Positions 45,613 to 55,301 of a stretch of 64,000 nt of DNA are shown here, piece after piece. The notes under the pieces were generated by a model that worked only from the letters and a program-made list of their open reading frames with translations, searched no databases and had not been told where the DNA came from. A program made the translations under genes and the position numbers. Position 1 is the stretch's first letter; the number at the start of each line of letters is the position of its first letter. This DNA is from an uncultured Gammaproteobacteria bacterium (lineage in GTDB: Bacteria; Patescibacteriota; Microgenomatia; UBA8517), in assembly GCA_964599625.1 (NCBI GenBank), contig CAZRGC010000001.1, forward strand, positions 179,388 to 243,387, read 5' to 3'.

Positions 45613-47634
45613 ATGTTTACTGACGTTTCTGATTTGTGTCAAAAAATATCTAACTTTTCTGGCTTGACCGAAGATTCAAGGAAGGTAAGAAAGAACTACA
45701 TTTTTGTGGCAGTTAAGGGAAAGACCACCGACGGCCACGCTCACATAGGTGATGCACTAGAAAGGGGTGCCTCACTTGTTATATGTGAACAAAAACCAAA
45801 CACTTTCAATGGTAATTTCTTAAAGGTGGATGATTCACGTGTTGCTTTGTCTCAGGTTGCGGCCGCGTTTTACGGCTACCCTTCGAGGAATTTGAGGATC
45901 GTCGGTGTGACTGGAACAAAAGGAAAAACTACGACTTCCCACATGATTTATCATATTTTGCAGAAAACCGAAGGTAACACCGGACTCATTTCGACCATAG
46001 TTGCCAAAATAGGAGGAAAAGACTTTGGTACAGGGTTTCATGTAACAAGTCCTGATGTAATAACTTTAAATAAATTCCTCAGAGAGATGGTTGATGCTGG
46101 TTGCAAGTATTGTGTGTTGGAAGTTTCTTCCCATGGAATTGATCAAAAACGCATTTCAGGCATAGATTTTGAAGTTGGTGTTGTTACTAATATAGCACCG
46201 GAACATCTGGACTATCATGGAACTTACAAAGAGTATAAGAGGGTCAAAATGAGTTTTGTTAATTCTGCAAAAAACAAAGTAGTAATGCCAAAAGAAACAG
46301 ATATAAATATCTTTCCCGGAAAATTCAATAATCTCGACGCCGAGTCTGCGGTAAATGCTGTTTCGTTTTTGGGAATTGACCGCAAGACCTCACTTGAGGC
46401 ATTGGAAAGTTTCGAATTACCAGAAGGGAGACTCCAGAGGGTGGAAAACAGTTTGGGTATTGATATTTTTATTGATTTTGCACATACACCTGACTCCTTA
46501 GAGGCGGCATTGACATATTTCAAAAGCATAACCTCTGGAAGGTTGATTTCTGTATTTGGGTGCGCTGGTGAGAGAGATGTAAAAAAACGCAGGAAAATGG
46601 GGAGAATTTCTGAAAATATTTCAGATTATTCGATATTTACAGCAGAAGACCCAAGGCGAGAAAATTTAACTGACATTTTTGCACTAATGAAGAAAGATGC
46701 TAAAAATTTTATTTGTATTCCTGAACGTGGGGAAGCGATTGCATATGCATTATCATATGCAAAAAGGGGCGATACGGTTGTTTTTTTGGGAAAGGGTCAT
46801 GAGTCAAGTATGGCATATAAAGGGTTTGAACACCCATGGAGTGATAAAGAAGAAATTAATAACTTTTTATCTCGGGACGAGAGTGTTTCGGCAATTGTTC
46901 TTGCTGCAGGCAGAGGTTCTAGGATGAAGTCTTCTAAACCCAAGATTTTGCATGAAATATGCGGTAGGCCAATGATTTCGTATAGTTTGCAGAATTTAAG
47001 GAGGGCTGGAGTTGGCGAGATAATAGCTGTTGTTTCTTACAGGAAAAATCTGGTGATCAATGCAATTAAGGGTGAAGTGAAAACTGCTTTCCAAAAAAAC
47101 CCTAAGGGCGGAACTGGGGATGCTGCACGCGTTGGTATGAGTAAGGTCTCAGAAAAAGCCAAATCCGTTATGGTTCTTTATGGAGATGATACAGCTTTCT
47201 ATTCACCCGATACAATTTCAAAAGTAATTAAGAACCATCATAGTAACCGAGCTGTGATCACATTCATAACTCTTACAAAAGAAAATCCTTACGGACTTGG
47301 TAGGATTGTTAGGAACAGAAACGGCGACTTGGTAAAAATAGTGGAGGAAAAAGATGCCAACGAAGAAGAGAAGAAGATTTCCGAGGTAAATGATGGTCTG
47401 TATGTTTTTGATAGAAATTGGTTTGAGGAAAACGTTACTAAGATAAACCCCAGCATGGTAACCAGGGAATTGTATATAGTTGATCTTATCAAAATGGCGA
47501 TTGAACAAAATAAGAAGGTTACTGCTTACCGGCTGCCTACCGATATTGAATGGCAAGGTGTAAATACACCAGCAGAGTTGGAAAAGGCAAAAGAAAAAAT
47601 GGAAGAACGTCTCAAGGTTTTTTCTAATGGTTAA
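45613..47634 (+). CDS. murE: Fusion protein: MurE (UDP-MurNAc-L-Ala-D-Glu:diamino acid ligase) followed by the GlmU N-terminal uridyltransferase domain (GlcNAc-1-P uridyltransferase) with no LbH acetyltransferase domain.
   Basis: Residues ~1-430 carry the Mur ligase motifs ('VGVTGTKGKTTTSHMI', 'DFAHTPDSLEAAL'). Residues ~440-674 carry 'AIVLAAGRGSRMKSSKPKILHEICGRPM' and 'VLYGDD', closely matching the GlmU N-terminal domain. Start is at ATG 45613, 54 nt inside the annotated ORF. Confidence 0.8.
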   Translation: MFTDVSDLCQKISNFSGLTEDSRKVRKNYIFVAVKGKTTDGHAHIGDALERGASLVICEQKPNTFNGNFLKVDDSRVALSQVAAAFYGYPSRNLRIVGVTGTKGKTTTSHMIYHILQKTEGNTGLISTIVAKIGGKDFGTGFHVTSPDVITLNKFLREMVDAGCKYCVLEVSSHGIDQKRISGIDFEVGVVTNIAPEHLDYHGTYKEYKRVKMSFVNSAKNKVVMPKETDINIFPGKFNNLDAESAVNAVSFLGIDRKTSLEALESFELPEGRLQRVENSLGIDIFIDFAHTPDSLEAALTYFKSITSGRLISVFGCAGERDVKKRRKMGRISENISDYSIFTAEDPRRENLTDIFALMKKDAKNFICIPERGEAIAYALSYAKRGDTVVFLGKGHESSMAYKGFEHPWSDKEEINNFLSRDESVSAIVLAAGRGSRMKSSKPKILHEICGRPMISYSLQNLRRAGVGEIIAVVSYRKNLVINAIKGEVKTAFQKNPKGGTGDAARVGMSKVSEKAKSVMVLYGDDTAFYSPDTISKVIKNHHSNRAVITFITLTKENPYGLGRIVRNRNGDLVKIVEEKDANEEEKKISEVNDGLYVFDRNWFEENVTKINPSMVTRELYIVDLIKMAIEQNKKVTAYRLPTDIEWQGVNTPAELEKAKEKMEERLKVFSNG

Positions 47635-48901
47635 AATACATTTTATCGGCATTGGAGGAAGCGGAATTTCGGGTATTGCTAAACTCGCAAAACTTTCGGG
47701 GTATGAGGTTGATGGTTGTGACGTTCAAAAAGATACTGCTTACACGCAAAATATTTTTGAGGGACATTCGAAGGATCATGTAGTTGGGGCAGATTTGGTA
47801 GTCACCTCACCTGCATTGTTTTTTTCCGACAAAACTAATCCCGAGATCGAACTTGCCAGAGAGCAAAATAAACTTTTAACATGGCAGGAATTTTTGGGTA
47901 CCTATCTTCAAAAAAATAAGAAAGTTATCTGTGTTGCAGGAACCCATGGTAAATCCACAACAACCGCAATGGCAGCAAAACTCTTGGAAGATAACGGCTT
48001 TGACCCATCGGTGACGATTGGCGCAGTTATTAAAAGTACGGGAAATAATTACAGATTTGGTAAAGGGAAATATTTTGTAACAGAGGCAGACGAGTTTTTT
48101 AATAATTTTTTGAATTATAACCCTGAAGTAATAGTATTAAACAATATAGAGTTTGACCATCCGGATTTTTTTAAATCAAAGGAGGATGTTTACGAAAGTT
48201 TTAGAAAATTTGTTAAGAGGCTTACCGGTGCCAAGGTTCTTATTGCAAATGCAGGTGACCCCGGAGTTTTGGAAATTCTCAAAGATATCGGTAATGACGT
48301 TAAAGTTTTGAGTTACTCAGACGATGACGGTCTGAATATTCCCAATCTCAAAGTCCCCGGAGTGCACAATAAGATGAACGCAAAAGGAATCTTTATGTTG
48401 GGACGTCTTCTAAAGATAGATGACAAAAAAATAGCAGAAAGCTTGGCCGGATTCGAAGGTATCGCACGAAGATTGGAAATCGTGAACGAGGGCGGAAAAT
48501 TTAAAGTTTTTGATGATTACGCACATCACCCCACAGCCATCAAAGAAACTCTTAAGGCTTTAAGATCAATGTTTCCCAAAAATAGAATAATTGCGGTTGA
48601 TGAACCGCATGGTTTTGCCCGGTCTTCAAAGCTTTTGACGGAGTACTCGGGAGTGTTTGATAATGCGGATATTTCATTCATAGGGCCAATATTTAAAGCC
48701 CGCGACACGGAAAGTTTTGGTATGAACCCGGGGGTAGTTGCACAAGCTTCTAAAAACGCAAATGTAAAAGGTTTTAATTCGTTTCCCGAAATATTAGACG
48801 AAGTCAAAAAGATTATTAAAAAAGGAGATGTAGTTTGTGTTATGGGGGCAGGGGACAGTTATAAATGGGCAAGGGAGATATCCAAGATAGATACAAATTA
48901 A
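47627..48901 (+). CDS. murC: UDP-N-acetylmuramate--L-alanine ligase.
   Basis: It has 'IHFIGIGGSGISGIA' and 'VAGTHGKSTTTAM'. Confidence 0.9.
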   Translation: MVKIHFIGIGGSGISGIAKLAKLSGYEVDGCDVQKDTAYTQNIFEGHSKDHVVGADLVVTSPALFFSDKTNPEIELAREQNKLLTWQEFLGTYLQKNKKVICVAGTHGKSTTTAMAAKLLEDNGFDPSVTIGAVIKSTGNNYRFGKGKYFVTEADEFFNNFLNYNPEVIVLNNIEFDHPDFFKSKEDVYESFRKFVKRLTGAKVLIANAGDPGVLEILKDIGNDVKVLSYSDDDGLNIPNLKVPGVHNKMNAKGIFMLGRLLKIDDKKIAESLAGFEGIARRLEIVNEGGKFKVFDDYAHHPTAIKETLKALRSMFPKNRIIAVDEPHGFARSSKLLTEYSGVFDNADISFIGPIFKARDTESFGMNPGVVAQASKNANVKGFNSFPEILDEVKKIIKKGDVVCVMGAGDSYKWAREISKIDTN

Positions 48902-49929
48902 TGAAAACTATACAAGGAAAAAGTTTTAAAGATCTTACAACTTTTGGCATTGGAGGAAAAATAAAACATTATGTTGAGGTTTCATCGGAAGATGAAATTA
49001 GAGATGTTTCTAAATTTGCGAAGGATGAAAAGTTGGATATTTTTGTCTTGGGGGGCGGGAGTGACATTTTGGTTTCTGACAAGGAATTTGACGGATTGGT
49101 TGTGCATTATAAAAAAGCTGACATAAATCTATCGAATGAGAACGGAAAATATTTTTTGAGTGTTTGCTCTGGAGCTATCTGGGACAGTGTTGTGGAATAT
49201 ACAGTTGCAAAAAATCTTCAGGGAATAGAATGTTTGTCGGGAATTCCCGGTTTTTCAGGGGCAGCCCCCATCCAGAATATTGGTGCATATGGCCAGGAGA
49301 TAAAAGATGTATTTGTCTCACTTAAAGCTTATAACTTTGAAGAAGACAAATTCGAGACTTTCGACAAAAACATGTGTGAATTTGGGTATAGGGAAAGTGT
49401 TTTCAAAACAAGCAAATACTGGCAAAAATATTTGATTACAGAAATGACATTGGAGCTCAAGAAAAACTACCCACCGTTTGTGGAATATGAATCATTGAAA
49501 AAATATTTGTCAGAAAAAAGTATAACAACGCCTACATTTGGTGAAGTAAGAGAGGCAGTGCTGCAAATAAGGTCCGGTAAATTTGAAAATCCGCGGGAAA
49601 CGGGAAACGCGGGGTCGTTTTTCAAAAATCCGATCATAGAAAACAGTAAGGCTACCGAGTTAATGGAAAAATTTCCTGATATAAAACTCCGGGAGCTGCC
49701 GGATGGTAAATATAAGTCTTTCGCTGCGTGGTTTGTTGAGAAATCCGGTTGGAAAGGAAAGACCCTGGGAGGTGCGGGGGTGTCGTCGCAGCACGCGCTA
49801 ATTCTCATTAATAAATCGGGATCGGCAAAATCAAGTGATGTTTTTGATTTGTCGGAGGCGATAATTAAAGACGTGTCCGTAAAGTTTGGAATTACTTTGG
49901 AAAGGGAAGTTCAACTTATAAATTTCTAA
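48901..49929 (+). CDS. murB: UDP-N-acetylenolpyruvoylglucosamine reductase.
   Basis: It has an FAD-binding N-terminus 'LTTFGIGGKIKHYV'. The TAATG overlap with murC places the start at ATG 48901, 36 nt inside the annotated ORF. Confidence 0.85.
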   Translation: MKTIQGKSFKDLTTFGIGGKIKHYVEVSSEDEIRDVSKFAKDEKLDIFVLGGGSDILVSDKEFDGLVVHYKKADINLSNENGKYFLSVCSGAIWDSVVEYTVAKNLQGIECLSGIPGFSGAAPIQNIGAYGQEIKDVFVSLKAYNFEEDKFETFDKNMCEFGYRESVFKTSKYWQKYLITEMTLELKKNYPPFVEYESLKKYLSEKSITTPTFGEVREAVLQIRSGKFENPRETGNAGSFFKNPIIENSKATELMEKFPDIKLRELPDGKYKSFAAWFVEKSGWKGKTLGGAGVSSQHALILINKSGSAKSSDVFDLSEAIIKDVSVKFGITLEREVQLINF

Positions 49930-51233
49930 TGAATTACTCAAATAAAAAAATTGCCATTTTAGGTTTTGGTATCGAAGGTAAGGACGCGGCATCTTTTTTG
50001 TTGAGTAAAGGCTCCTTGGTGACAGTGCTTGATAAGAACGAGAATTTGGACAAAGGTGACTTCGAAAGTTTGGGAATAAGATTTATTTTAGGAGATAAAT
50101 ATCTTGAAAGTGATTTGAACGAATTTGACTATATAGTCAGGTCTCCGGGAATATATAGATTTTGTAAAGAAATACTAGAGGCAGAGAGTTTGGGTGTAAA
50201 AGTTACCTCGGCACTACAGATTTTTATGGATGAAACAAAAGCAAAAATAATTGGTGTTACTGGTACAAAAGGCAAGGGTACAACTTCGACACTGATTTAC
50301 GAAATTCTTAAGGAAGTTGGTAATAAAGTATTTTTAGTCGGCAATATTGGCAAGCCTTATTTGGAACTATTGCCAAAACTGGATCCTGACACTTGGGTGG
50401 TTATGGAAATGTCTTCATTTCAGCTTATTGACATCAAAAAATCTCCCAACATTGCGGTGGTACTGAATATTACGTCAGACCACATGGATTGGCACAAAAA
50501 CAACAAAGAATATATTGACGCAAAAAGCAATATTGTAGCTTGGCAAAACAAAGAAGATTACGCGCTTTTGAATTCTGAGTACCAATCGTCAAAGAGTTTC
50601 GCGTCGATGACCACCGCAAAAGTTATATATTTTTCAAAGTCGGAGTTGCCCGAAGAATATAAAGAAAATTTACTTCTAAGAGGCGAACACAACCTTGAAA
50701 ACATTGCGGCAGCAGTTGCCGTATCAAAACTGCTTAACATTAAAAAAGATAAAATATTGCAAACCATACAAAATTTTAAAGGTTTGGAACACCGCCTAGA
50801 ATTGGTTGCGGAAGTGAAGGGTGTTAAGTACTACAACGATTCTTTTGCAACAGGACCTCAACCAACCGTCGCTGCGATCAAGTCGTTTAACGAACCACAA
50901 ACAGTCATATTGGGCGGATCTGATAAGAACTTAAATTTCGATACTCTGGCGGAAGAGATTAAAAACAATGCTTCGGTTAAAAATGTAATACTAATTGGTG
51001 AAACGGCAGCCAAAATTAAACTTGCTTTGGAAAGCGTCAAAGTGAGCGTCAATCTTTTTTCGATGGGTAAGCCAAGTATGTTAGAAATTGTAACAAAAGC
51101 AAAAGAAGTAACACCCGTTGGGGGTGTAGTTGTATTGTCTCCGGCGTGCGCCAGTTTTGATATGTTTAAAAATTACAAAGATAGGGGTAATCAATTCAAA
51201 GAGGCGGTTCTGCTTTTGAATAATGAAAAATAA
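49929..51233 (+). CDS. murD: UDP-N-acetylmuramoylalanine--D-glutamate ligase.
   Basis: It has 'IGVTGTKGKGTTSTLI'. Confidence 0.9.
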   Translation: MNYSNKKIAILGFGIEGKDAASFLLSKGSLVTVLDKNENLDKGDFESLGIRFILGDKYLESDLNEFDYIVRSPGIYRFCKEILEAESLGVKVTSALQIFMDETKAKIIGVTGTKGKGTTSTLIYEILKEVGNKVFLVGNIGKPYLELLPKLDPDTWVVMEMSSFQLIDIKKSPNIAVVLNITSDHMDWHKNNKEYIDAKSNIVAWQNKEDYALLNSEYQSSKSFASMTTAKVIYFSKSELPEEYKENLLLRGEHNLENIAAAVAVSKLLNIKKDKILQTIQNFKGLEHRLELVAEVKGVKYYNDSFATGPQPTVAAIKSFNEPQTVILGGSDKNLNFDTLAEEIKNNASVKNVILIGETAAKIKLALESVKVSVNLFSMGKPSMLEIVTKAKEVTPVGGVVVLSPACASFDMFKNYKDRGNQFKEAVLLLNNEK

Positions 51234-52023
51234 ACCGATTGGTATTTTTGACTCCGGTTTGGGCGGGTTGACCGTGACCAAGGAGATAATAAAATTACTT
51301 CCGAATGAAGATATTGTTTATTTGGGTGACACCGCAAGGGTTCCCTATGGAACAAGAAGTGCGGAAGTTGTAAGGGATTTTTCACTTGATGATGCAAAAT
51401 TTTTACTTACCAAAGATGTCAAAGTCGTTGTAATTGCATGCAACACAGCTTCTGCCTTGGCAGGTGATTGGATAAAAGAAAAAATAAAAATACCGGTTTT
51501 CGAAGTTATTGCCCCTGCAGCCAAATTGGCAGCAGAAACAACAGTCAACAACAAAATCGGCGTTATAGGCACTCGCGGCACAATTGGGAGCAATGTTTAT
51601 CAGAGGCTGATTAAAAAGAATAATAAAAATGCCGAAATAACTGCGACGGCATGCCCGCTATTTGTACCATTCATCGAAGAAGGAGTTGTAGAATCCGAGG
51701 CCTTGAAAATTATCGCATCAAACTATTTGAAAGACATCATAAACAAAGACGTAGATACTTTAGTAATGGGTTGTACACATTATCCGATTATAGAAAATGT
51801 GCTAAGAAGCATTATGGATGAAAATGTGAATATTATTAACCCCGGCGTTTGTCAGGCAAAAGAAGTTTATAGTTTTTTAAAAAATAACGATCTTTTCAAA
51901 GACGAGAAAGGTGAAGTGGTAAGGTCGTATTACGTAACAGACTTTACTGAAAGATTTGTAAAAGTTGCCGAAATGTTTTTAGGTGGTAAAATACACGGAA
52001 GTTTGCAAAAAGCAGTACTTTAG
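51223..52023 (+). CDS. murI: Glutamate racemase.
   Basis: It has 'IGIFDSGLGGLTV' and 'VIACNTAS'. Confidence 0.9.
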   Translation: MKNKPIGIFDSGLGGLTVTKEIIKLLPNEDIVYLGDTARVPYGTRSAEVVRDFSLDDAKFLLTKDVKVVVIACNTASALAGDWIKEKIKIPVFEVIAPAAKLAAETTVNNKIGVIGTRGTIGSNVYQRLIKKNNKNAEITATACPLFVPFIEEGVVESEALKIIASNYLKDIINKDVDTLVMGCTHYPIIENVLRSIMDENVNIINPGVCQAKEVYSFLKNNDLFKDEKGEVVRSYYVTDFTERFVKVAEMFLGGKIHGSLQKAVL

Positions 52024-53058
52024 ATGAAACAAAAAACACGTGTCGCCGTGATTATGGGAGGCAATTCTTCCGAACATGAAATTTCTTTTCTTTCGGGAAG
52101 CAATGTTATTCAAAGTTTGGACAAAAGTGAATACGAAATCCTTCCTGTGGTGATATCAAAAACAGGAAAGTGGCAACTAACTTCGGCAGAAAGTATCAAA
52201 AAAATCAGCAACCCCATTGACTTTAAAAATACAACAAAAGAGATATCTTTATACAAAAAAAGCGAAATAAAAAATTTCCGCAACTCGCTGTCTGGAAAAG
52301 TCGATGTTGCCTTTATTGCGCTGCATGGAAAAAACGGTGAGGACGGGAGCATCCAGGGTTTTTTTGAAACTTTGGGTGTTAAGTATACCGGCTCTGGCGT
52401 GCTGGCATCGTCCTTGGGTATGGATAAAATTATGTTTCGCAAAATGATGGAGAGGGAAAAAATTCCTGTACCAAAATATATAGTAGTTAAAAAGGGTGAT
52501 AACTTTAAAAAAATAAAAAAACTTCTAAAGCGCCCGCCGTATTTTGTTAAGCCGAGCGACCAGGGTTCCTCAGTAGGGGCATCTGTTGTTAAAAAAGAAA
52601 AAGATTTGGGAAAGAGTCTCAAACTCGCACATCAGTATTCTGACCTGGCACTTGTTGATAAGTTAATAAAAGGCAGGGAAGTCACGTGCGCTATTTTGGG
52701 AGGAATAAAACCAACTGCACTGCCCCTTGTTGAGATTGTTACCAAGAACGAATTCTTTGATTATGACGCAAAGTATTCAGAAGGTGGGGCAGAAGAAATA
52801 GTGCCTGCTCGGGTTGGAAAAAGACTCACTAAGAAAGTCCAAGAGATCTCATTGGCTGTATATAGGGCATTGGGATGCAAAGGATTTGCGAGAGTTGATT
52901 TCATAATAGAAGACAATCAATCCCCGTACGTTTTGGAAATTAATACGATACCGGGTCTTACTGAAATGTCACTTTTACCAAAGGCTGCTAAAGCTTATGG
53001 TATCGAGTACCCCAATCTTATTGGTAGAATAATAGGAAATGCACTCAAAGGATATTAA
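52024..53058 (+). CDS. ddl: D-alanine--D-alanine ligase.
   Basis: It has an ATP-grasp fold, 'ALHGKNGEDGSIQGFFE' and a C-terminal 'EINTIPG'. Confidence 0.9.
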   Translation: MKQKTRVAVIMGGNSSEHEISFLSGSNVIQSLDKSEYEILPVVISKTGKWQLTSAESIKKISNPIDFKNTTKEISLYKKSEIKNFRNSLSGKVDVAFIALHGKNGEDGSIQGFFETLGVKYTGSGVLASSLGMDKIMFRKMMEREKIPVPKYIVVKKGDNFKKIKKLLKRPPYFVKPSDQGSSVGASVVKKEKDLGKSLKLAHQYSDLALVDKLIKGREVTCAILGGIKPTALPLVEIVTKNEFFDYDAKYSEGGAEEIVPARVGKRLTKKVQEISLAVYRALGCKGFARVDFIIEDNQSPYVLEINTIPGLTEMSLLPKAAKAYGIEYPNLIGRIIGNALKGY

Positions 53059-54184
53059 CCCGCTTATATCTTGGTGGATGACTCCCAAGCTTCCATACGA
53101 AGACATATATGAATTACCCCTTTTGAAAAAAAAGGGTTTTTCAAGCAAGGTGGTCCACCTGCTTTCGGGATGGGTTATTCATCCGATAAAAAGACGTTTA
53201 GCCAGATATTATGTGGCTTTCCTACAAAAAAGAGGGCTTACAGTGATAGGAATCACCGGCAGTGCCGGTAAAAGTACGACCGCAAAAATGGTTGGAGATG
53301 TCCTTTCTAAAAAAGCCAAGACGATTGTTACACCTCCAGGGATAGATCCTGTTTACAATATTCCCAACACAATTCTTAAATGTGACGGTGATACAAAGTT
53401 TTTGGTGTTGGAAATGTCCGTCGAGTTTCCTGGGGAAATGGATTATTACTTGTGGTTGGTCAAGCCAGACGCTGCGATTATTACAAATATCTTTGCGTCA
53501 CATTTGGAGTTTTTTAAAGACTTGGATGGTGTTTTGAAAGAAAAAGGAAAACTTCCCAAAGTAATTGATTCCAATAACGTTGTGTTTTTAAACCAAGACG
53601 ATCAGAGGCTGGAAAAATTTGCTGGATCACTTAAGTCTAGGGTAATTTGGTTTAGATCCAAAGGGGACCCTATAGCTGACAACTGGGAGGCAGCAAAAGC
53701 TGTGGGGAATTACTATGGTGTGGAAAAGAAATACCTTTTGAGCGTAAAGAAAAATTTTGCAAACCCCGACCACAGAATGCAGCTAATAAGAAAGGGAAGT
53801 ATTACTATTTTAGATGATACTTACAATAGCAATCCTTCTGCTGCAATCGCAGTAGTTAAACATTTTGCCAAACTTTCTAAGGGTTTTAGAATTGTAGTCC
53901 TTGGAGACATGCTTCAGATGGGGGTGTATGACCAAGAAGCTCATAAAGTTGTGGGAAAAGAAGTTGCCAGATATAAATTTGATGTTTTTGTAGGAGTGGG
54001 AAAGTCTTCGGAGCTTACTGCCAAAATAGTAAAGATGCACTCAAGGGGAACCAAGGTGATTTGGGCAAAAAATTGCGAAGAAGCCATACCGGTTGTAAGA
54101 AATATGCTCAAACCTGGAAGTTATGTTTTGGTTAAAGGTTCTCGCTCTATCGGTTTAGATAAACTTGTCGACGCAATCTCCTGA
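53039..54184 (+). CDS. murF: UDP-N-acetylmuramoyl-tripeptide--D-alanyl-D-alanine ligase.
   Basis: It has 'IGITGSAGKSTTAKM'. An alternative start lies at 53078. Confidence 0.85.
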   Translation: MHSKDINPLISWWMTPKLPYEDIYELPLLKKKGFSSKVVHLLSGWVIHPIKRRLARYYVAFLQKRGLTVIGITGSAGKSTTAKMVGDVLSKKAKTIVTPPGIDPVYNIPNTILKCDGDTKFLVLEMSVEFPGEMDYYLWLVKPDAAIITNIFASHLEFFKDLDGVLKEKGKLPKVIDSNNVVFLNQDDQRLEKFAGSLKSRVIWFRSKGDPIADNWEAAKAVGNYYGVEKKYLLSVKKNFANPDHRMQLIRKGSITILDDTYNSNPSAAIAVVKHFAKLSKGFRIVVLGDMLQMGVYDQEAHKVVGKEVARYKFDVFVGVGKSSELTAKIVKMHSRGTKVIWAKNCEEAIPVVRNMLKPGSYVLVKGSRSIGLDKLVDAIS

Positions 54185-54216
54185 AGGTTGTTTTCACGCT
54201 CAATCTGAATTATCAT

Positions 54217-55278
54217 ATGCTCATGGGTTCATCCAATTTTTTGCCGCTTGTTTTGGGCCTCTTAATTTTTTCTTTCATGATTTCTTCAGTTCTTATAGTT
54301 CCGTTTATAAATTTGCTTTTTAAATTAAGAATTACCAGAAGGAAGGAGGCGCCCAAAAAGGGAAAAGTTCCACTTTTTGACAAACTTCATGACTCAAAAG
54401 CCGGCACTCCTGTGGGTGGCGGCATCTTTATAATCGCAATCGTTGCAATTTTCTTTGCTGTTCTTTTTCCACTCTCTGCCGGTTTGGGGGTATTTGTTGA
54501 GACAGCCTATGACCTTAAAAGTGAACTTTTCGTTATATTTTTCACCTTTATATCATTTGGAATTTTAGGCTTGTCCGACGATCTTCTTAAGATCTTTGGT
54601 AAGCCAACAAAAGGTGTTTTGGGTTTGTGGTTTGGATTAAGGAGAAAACAAAAGTTTCTTCTCCAGTGGATTTTGGCTCTTCTTGACGCTTACTTTATTT
54701 TCAAACTTCTAGGGATACACATTATAAATATTCCTATGGTTCATGTAGTTATAGATTTGGGAATTTGGTACGTTCCATTTGCTGCATTTGTTATCGTTGC
54801 CTTTACTAACGCTTTCAACGTCACAGATGGTCTTGATGGACTTTCTACCGGTTTACTTCTTATTTGTTTAGCGGCATTTGGAATAATTGTTGCAAGTCAT
54901 TTGGATACGCCGCTTTCTCTTTTTATAGCATTGTGGGTAGGTGCTCTGATTGCATTTTTGTATTTCAATATCTGGCCGGCAAGAATATGGTTGGGGGATG
55001 CAGGGGCTTTGTCATTTGGGGCAACCCTGGCTGTAATTGGACTGCTTACAGGAAGTATTGTGGCTCTTCTGATAATAGGAGGAATATTTGTTATTGAAAT
55101 TGCTTCCTCGGCACTGCAGATTTTGGGTTGGAAATATCTAAAACGCCCCATCTTGCCAATAGCACCAATTCACCATTCGTTTTTGGCCATGGGTTGGGAG
55201 GAGCCTAAGATTGTTATGAGAGCTTGGCTTTTGGGAATAATGCTGGCAATATTTGGACTTTGGCTTGCCACAATATGA
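54217..55278 (+). CDS. mraY: Phospho-N-acetylmuramoyl-pentapeptide transferase.
   Basis: It has 'NAFNVTDGLDGLSTG' and about 10 TM helices. Confidence 0.9.
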   Translation: MLMGSSNFLPLVLGLLIFSFMISSVLIVPFINLLFKLRITRRKEAPKKGKVPLFDKLHDSKAGTPVGGGIFIIAIVAIFFAVLFPLSAGLGVFVETAYDLKSELFVIFFTFISFGILGLSDDLLKIFGKPTKGVLGLWFGLRRKQKFLLQWILALLDAYFIFKLLGIHIINIPMVHVVIDLGIWYVPFAAFVIVAFTNAFNVTDGLDGLSTGLLLICLAAFGIIVASHLDTPLSLFIALWVGALIAFLYFNIWPARIWLGDAGALSFGATLAVIGLLTGSIVALLIIGGIFVIEIASSALQILGWKYLKRPILPIAPIHHSFLAMGWEEPKIVMRAWLLGIMLAIFGLWLATI

Positions 55279-55301
55279 CACTCCTTTGATATTATTATTT
55301 A

